A stretch of DNA of 64,000 nucleotides from an uncultured Thermoplasmatales archaeon (GTDB taxonomy: Archaea; Thermoplasmatota; E2; DHVEG-1): contig CAZTMK010000007.1 of the NCBI GenBank assembly GCA_964615235.1, forward strand, positions 22,630-86,629, in the 5' to 3' direction. The position numbers and the translations under genes are program-made. Positions within the stretch are counted from its first letter, which is position 1. The number at the start of each line of letters is the position of its first letter. Below, piece after piece: positions 62,022-64,000 of this stretch. The notes below the pieces were generated by a model that saw nothing but the letters and a program-made list of their open reading frames with translations, was not told where the DNA came from and ran no database searches.

Positions 62022-63404
62022 ATGGGTTATTTAAGAAATATCCAATTTATTGCTGTTTCCTTTTTTGCACTCGTTTTAATTACTCAAACAATAAGTGCTT
62101 CAAATTGTTGGATTAGAGATGAATCTGGAAGGACAGTTATCCTTCATGGGCTAAATATATCCAATGCTTCAAAAAGAACTGATAATCAGATTTCATGGCA
62201 TACATGCACTGATTACGAAAGGATGAGTAGAGATTGGGGTTTTAATTGTATTCGCATGCTTATTTTTTGGTCTGCGATAGAACCAGAACCTGGTATATAC
62301 AATGAAAGTTACTTAGATTTGGTAGAAGAAAGAGTAAACTGGGCTGAAGATTTTGGATTGTATGTTATTTTAGATATGCATCAAGATGTATACAGTTCAA
62401 AGTTTGGTGGGAACGGAGCCCCCCTTTGGGCTGTGTGGGACGATAATATTTCATACAAATCTGTGGAACCATGGTGGTTTAATTATATTCAACCTGCTGT
62501 AATACGTGCTTTTAAAAATTTTTGGACAGAAGAATACCTTCAAAACCATTTTAAAGATGCATGGACCAATGTAGCAGATCGATTTTCTAATAGTTCAACA
62601 GTAATTGGTTATGAAATACTTAATGAGCCTTTTTTTGGTTCTTTTTTGCCATGGGTATTTGAAAAAATATATCTTAAAAATTTTTGCTTGGATGTAATTA
62701 ATTCGATAAGATCTGTTGATACAAATCATTACATTTTTTACGAACCAGAGATAATGACCAGTGCAGGATTTAGATCTTTTCTAGACAATCTAAACTGCGA
62801 AAAATTAGTTTATAGTCCACATTTTTACCAAACAACGGTTCATGAGGGTTTTCCATATTTTGGTTTTCCGTTTTTTATAAAAAGAACTTTGGAACTAAGA
62901 AATTCTGAAGCAGAATCAGCAAATGTTCCATGGTTACTGGGGGAATTTGGCGTTTCAAAGGATCTTTCTGGAATGGATAATTATCTTACCGATATTTTGA
63001 AAGTATTAAATTCCCATCTTTCTAGTTGGACTTATTGGTCTTATGATTATGATTCCCAAAATGAGGTTGGAATAATAGACAATTTTGGAGGAGAGAATCC
63101 ACAGTTAAATTATCTGGTTTATCCCTATCCTCAAAAAATTGCAGGAGATCCTGTTAGTTTTAGCTATGATTATGAGGGCAGAGTTTTTGCTTTGGAATTT
63201 AAAAGTAATAAAAGTGTTTGCGGTCCAACAGAAATTTATATCGGGCAGAGTCGAATTTATCCAAATGGATTTATTTTGGATTGCTCCGATCCAACATCCT
63301 CTTGGGAATATTCAGAAAATAATGATAAAATACTGGTTGTGACAAACTCAACTAACAATATTGTCAAAATAGATATTAGACCAAGTACTCAAGAGCTAAG
63401 GTAA
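62022..63404 (+). CDS. Secreted glycoside hydrolase family 5 enzyme.
   Basis: Signal peptide. GFNCIRMLIFWSAIEP and LDMHQD. Catalytic acid/base in IGYEILNEP and nucleophile in LLGEFG. This is the GH5 (beta/alpha)8 fold. Confidence 0.8.
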   Translation: MGYLRNIQFIAVSFFALVLITQTISASNCWIRDESGRTVILHGLNISNASKRTDNQISWHTCTDYERMSRDWGFNCIRMLIFWSAIEPEPGIYNESYLDLVEERVNWAEDFGLYVILDMHQDVYSSKFGGNGAPLWAVWDDNISYKSVEPWWFNYIQPAVIRAFKNFWTEEYLQNHFKDAWTNVADRFSNSSTVIGYEILNEPFFGSFLPWVFEKIYLKNFCLDVINSIRSVDTNHYIFYEPEIMTSAGFRSFLDNLNCEKLVYSPHFYQTTVHEGFPYFGFPFFIKRTLELRNSEAESANVPWLLGEFGVSKDLSGMDNYLTDILKVLNSHLSSWTYWSYDYDSQNEVGIIDNFGGENPQLNYLVYPYPQKIAGDPVSFSYDYEGRVFALEFKSNKSVCGPTEIYIGQSRIYPNGFILDCSDPTSSWEYSENNDKILVVTNSTNNIVKIDIRPSTQELR

Positions 63405-63494
63405 ACACGTTAATGCTAATAACAAAAATTTATCAAATAAAGATTTTATATACTAATAAATGTATAATAGTATAGATTACGGGGGCAATCTGAA

Positions 63495-64000
63495 ATGAAA
63501 AAATTCTTACCGATAATGTTAGTTGGTGTCTTAGTTATAAGTGGATTTGGGACACTTGCAATAAATGCTAAAGATACAGATTCTGTTAATTTTGAAAATA
63601 TTTTGCAGAATGTAGAAACCGACTTTTCTAGCTTAAAAATTGTAGATTTTGATAAGGACAGTGTTGAGGTATTTCTTGGAGAAGATGAACTCTATTTAAT
63701 GAATCCCGGTCAACCAATGATTCCAAGAATTATAAAATCATTTGAACTCCCGTTTGGAGCATACAATATAAAAGTTAAGGCAGTACCTTCAGAAATTGTA
63801 GATATAAAGATTTCAAAAGAAATTAGATATTCACCTGCACCGTTGCCACTTTCTTTAGATTTAGATACTAATATAGAATTGAAAAAAGATGAAACCGTTT
63901 ATCAAAGCAATGATTATTACCCAGATGATTGGTATGGTTTTTTCGTAGGATGCGGGCTTAACGGCAATGCTGAAAGGGTAACACATCTTACAGTCAATCT
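63495..64000 (+). CDS. Secreted hypothetical protein, C-terminally truncated by the window edge.
   Basis: Signal peptide MKKFLPIMLVGVLVISGFGTLAINA. The ORF runs to the end of the window. Confidence 0.5.
   Translation, partial: MKKFLPIMLVGVLVISGFGTLAINAKDTDSVNFENILQNVETDFSSLKIVDFDKDSVEVFLGEDELYLMNPGQPMIPRIIKSFELPFGAYNIKVKAVPSEIVDIKISKEIRYSPAPLPLSLDLDTNIELKKDETVYQSNDYYPDDWYGFFVGCGLNGNAERVTHLTVN

Noticed and set aside
63495-64000. The partial secreted protein at the window end, considered as a possible second C25 peptidase N-terminal domain.
   Set aside because: Only about 168 aa are visible and no catalytic motif falls in the visible part. There is not enough sequence to assign it.

Overview
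The window reads as a gene-dense, AT-rich (about one-third GC by eye) archaeal chromosome segment, with about 60 protein-coding genes and no rRNA, tRNA, CRISPR array, integrase or transposase that I could see. The archaeal assignment rests on SRP54, a split transketolase, DRG and NOG1 GTPases, an archaeal class I CCA-adding enzyme, an archaeosine synthase (ArcS) motif, a CTP-type riboflavin kinase with an HTH domain, and a ferredoxin:disulfide reductase that is an FTR catalytic subunit fused to rubredoxin. Shine-Dalgarno-like GGAGG motifs precede many starts. Housekeeping and metabolic genes are pcm, arcC, tktAB halves, ffh, a MOFRL glycerate kinase, purH, leuCD-like, msrB, thpR, cca, a UbiA prenyltransferase, a PAP2 phosphatase, nikR and a threonine aldolase. 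The rest looks like accessory or lifestyle content. There are two giant N-glycosylation-sequon-rich surface proteins with C-terminal TM anchors that share an Ig-like 'AGN...DTTPP' repeat module, one of them also carrying a PQQ-type beta-propeller. There is a large secreted set: a gingipain-like clan CD cysteine peptidase, an HEXXH metalloprotease with thrombospondin-type-3-like Ca-binding repeats, a PD40 propeller lipoprotein, a GH5 glycosidase, a beta-helix protein and several unknowns. A two-subunit tungsten-type aldehyde:ferredoxin oxidoreductase (AOR) is followed by a translationally coupled E1-like (ThiF/MoeB/UbaA) gene and a GG-terminated ubiquitin-like (ThiS/MoaD/SAMP) gene. The most unusual loci are: (i) a class-III/type-IV-pilin-like protein followed by two single-domain KaiC/FlaH-like ATPases with no FlaI/FlaJ partners; (ii) a bacterial-type NAD-dependent DNA ligase coupled to PolX, with Arg codon usage that differs from its neighbours and suggests horizontal acquisition; (iii) a four-gene thiol-redox operon, thioredoxin(CVHC)-nitroreductase-glutaredoxin-like-FTR/rubredoxin; (iv) an 800-bp AT-rich non-coding gap carrying two SD-preceded hydrophobic mini-ORFs. 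Extracellular C25-like peptidases together with AOR fit a detrital-protein-fermenting sediment archaeon (Thermoprofundales/MBG-D-like, Bathyarchaeia or Asgard), but this is inference only. All calls come from reading the translations; no database search was run.
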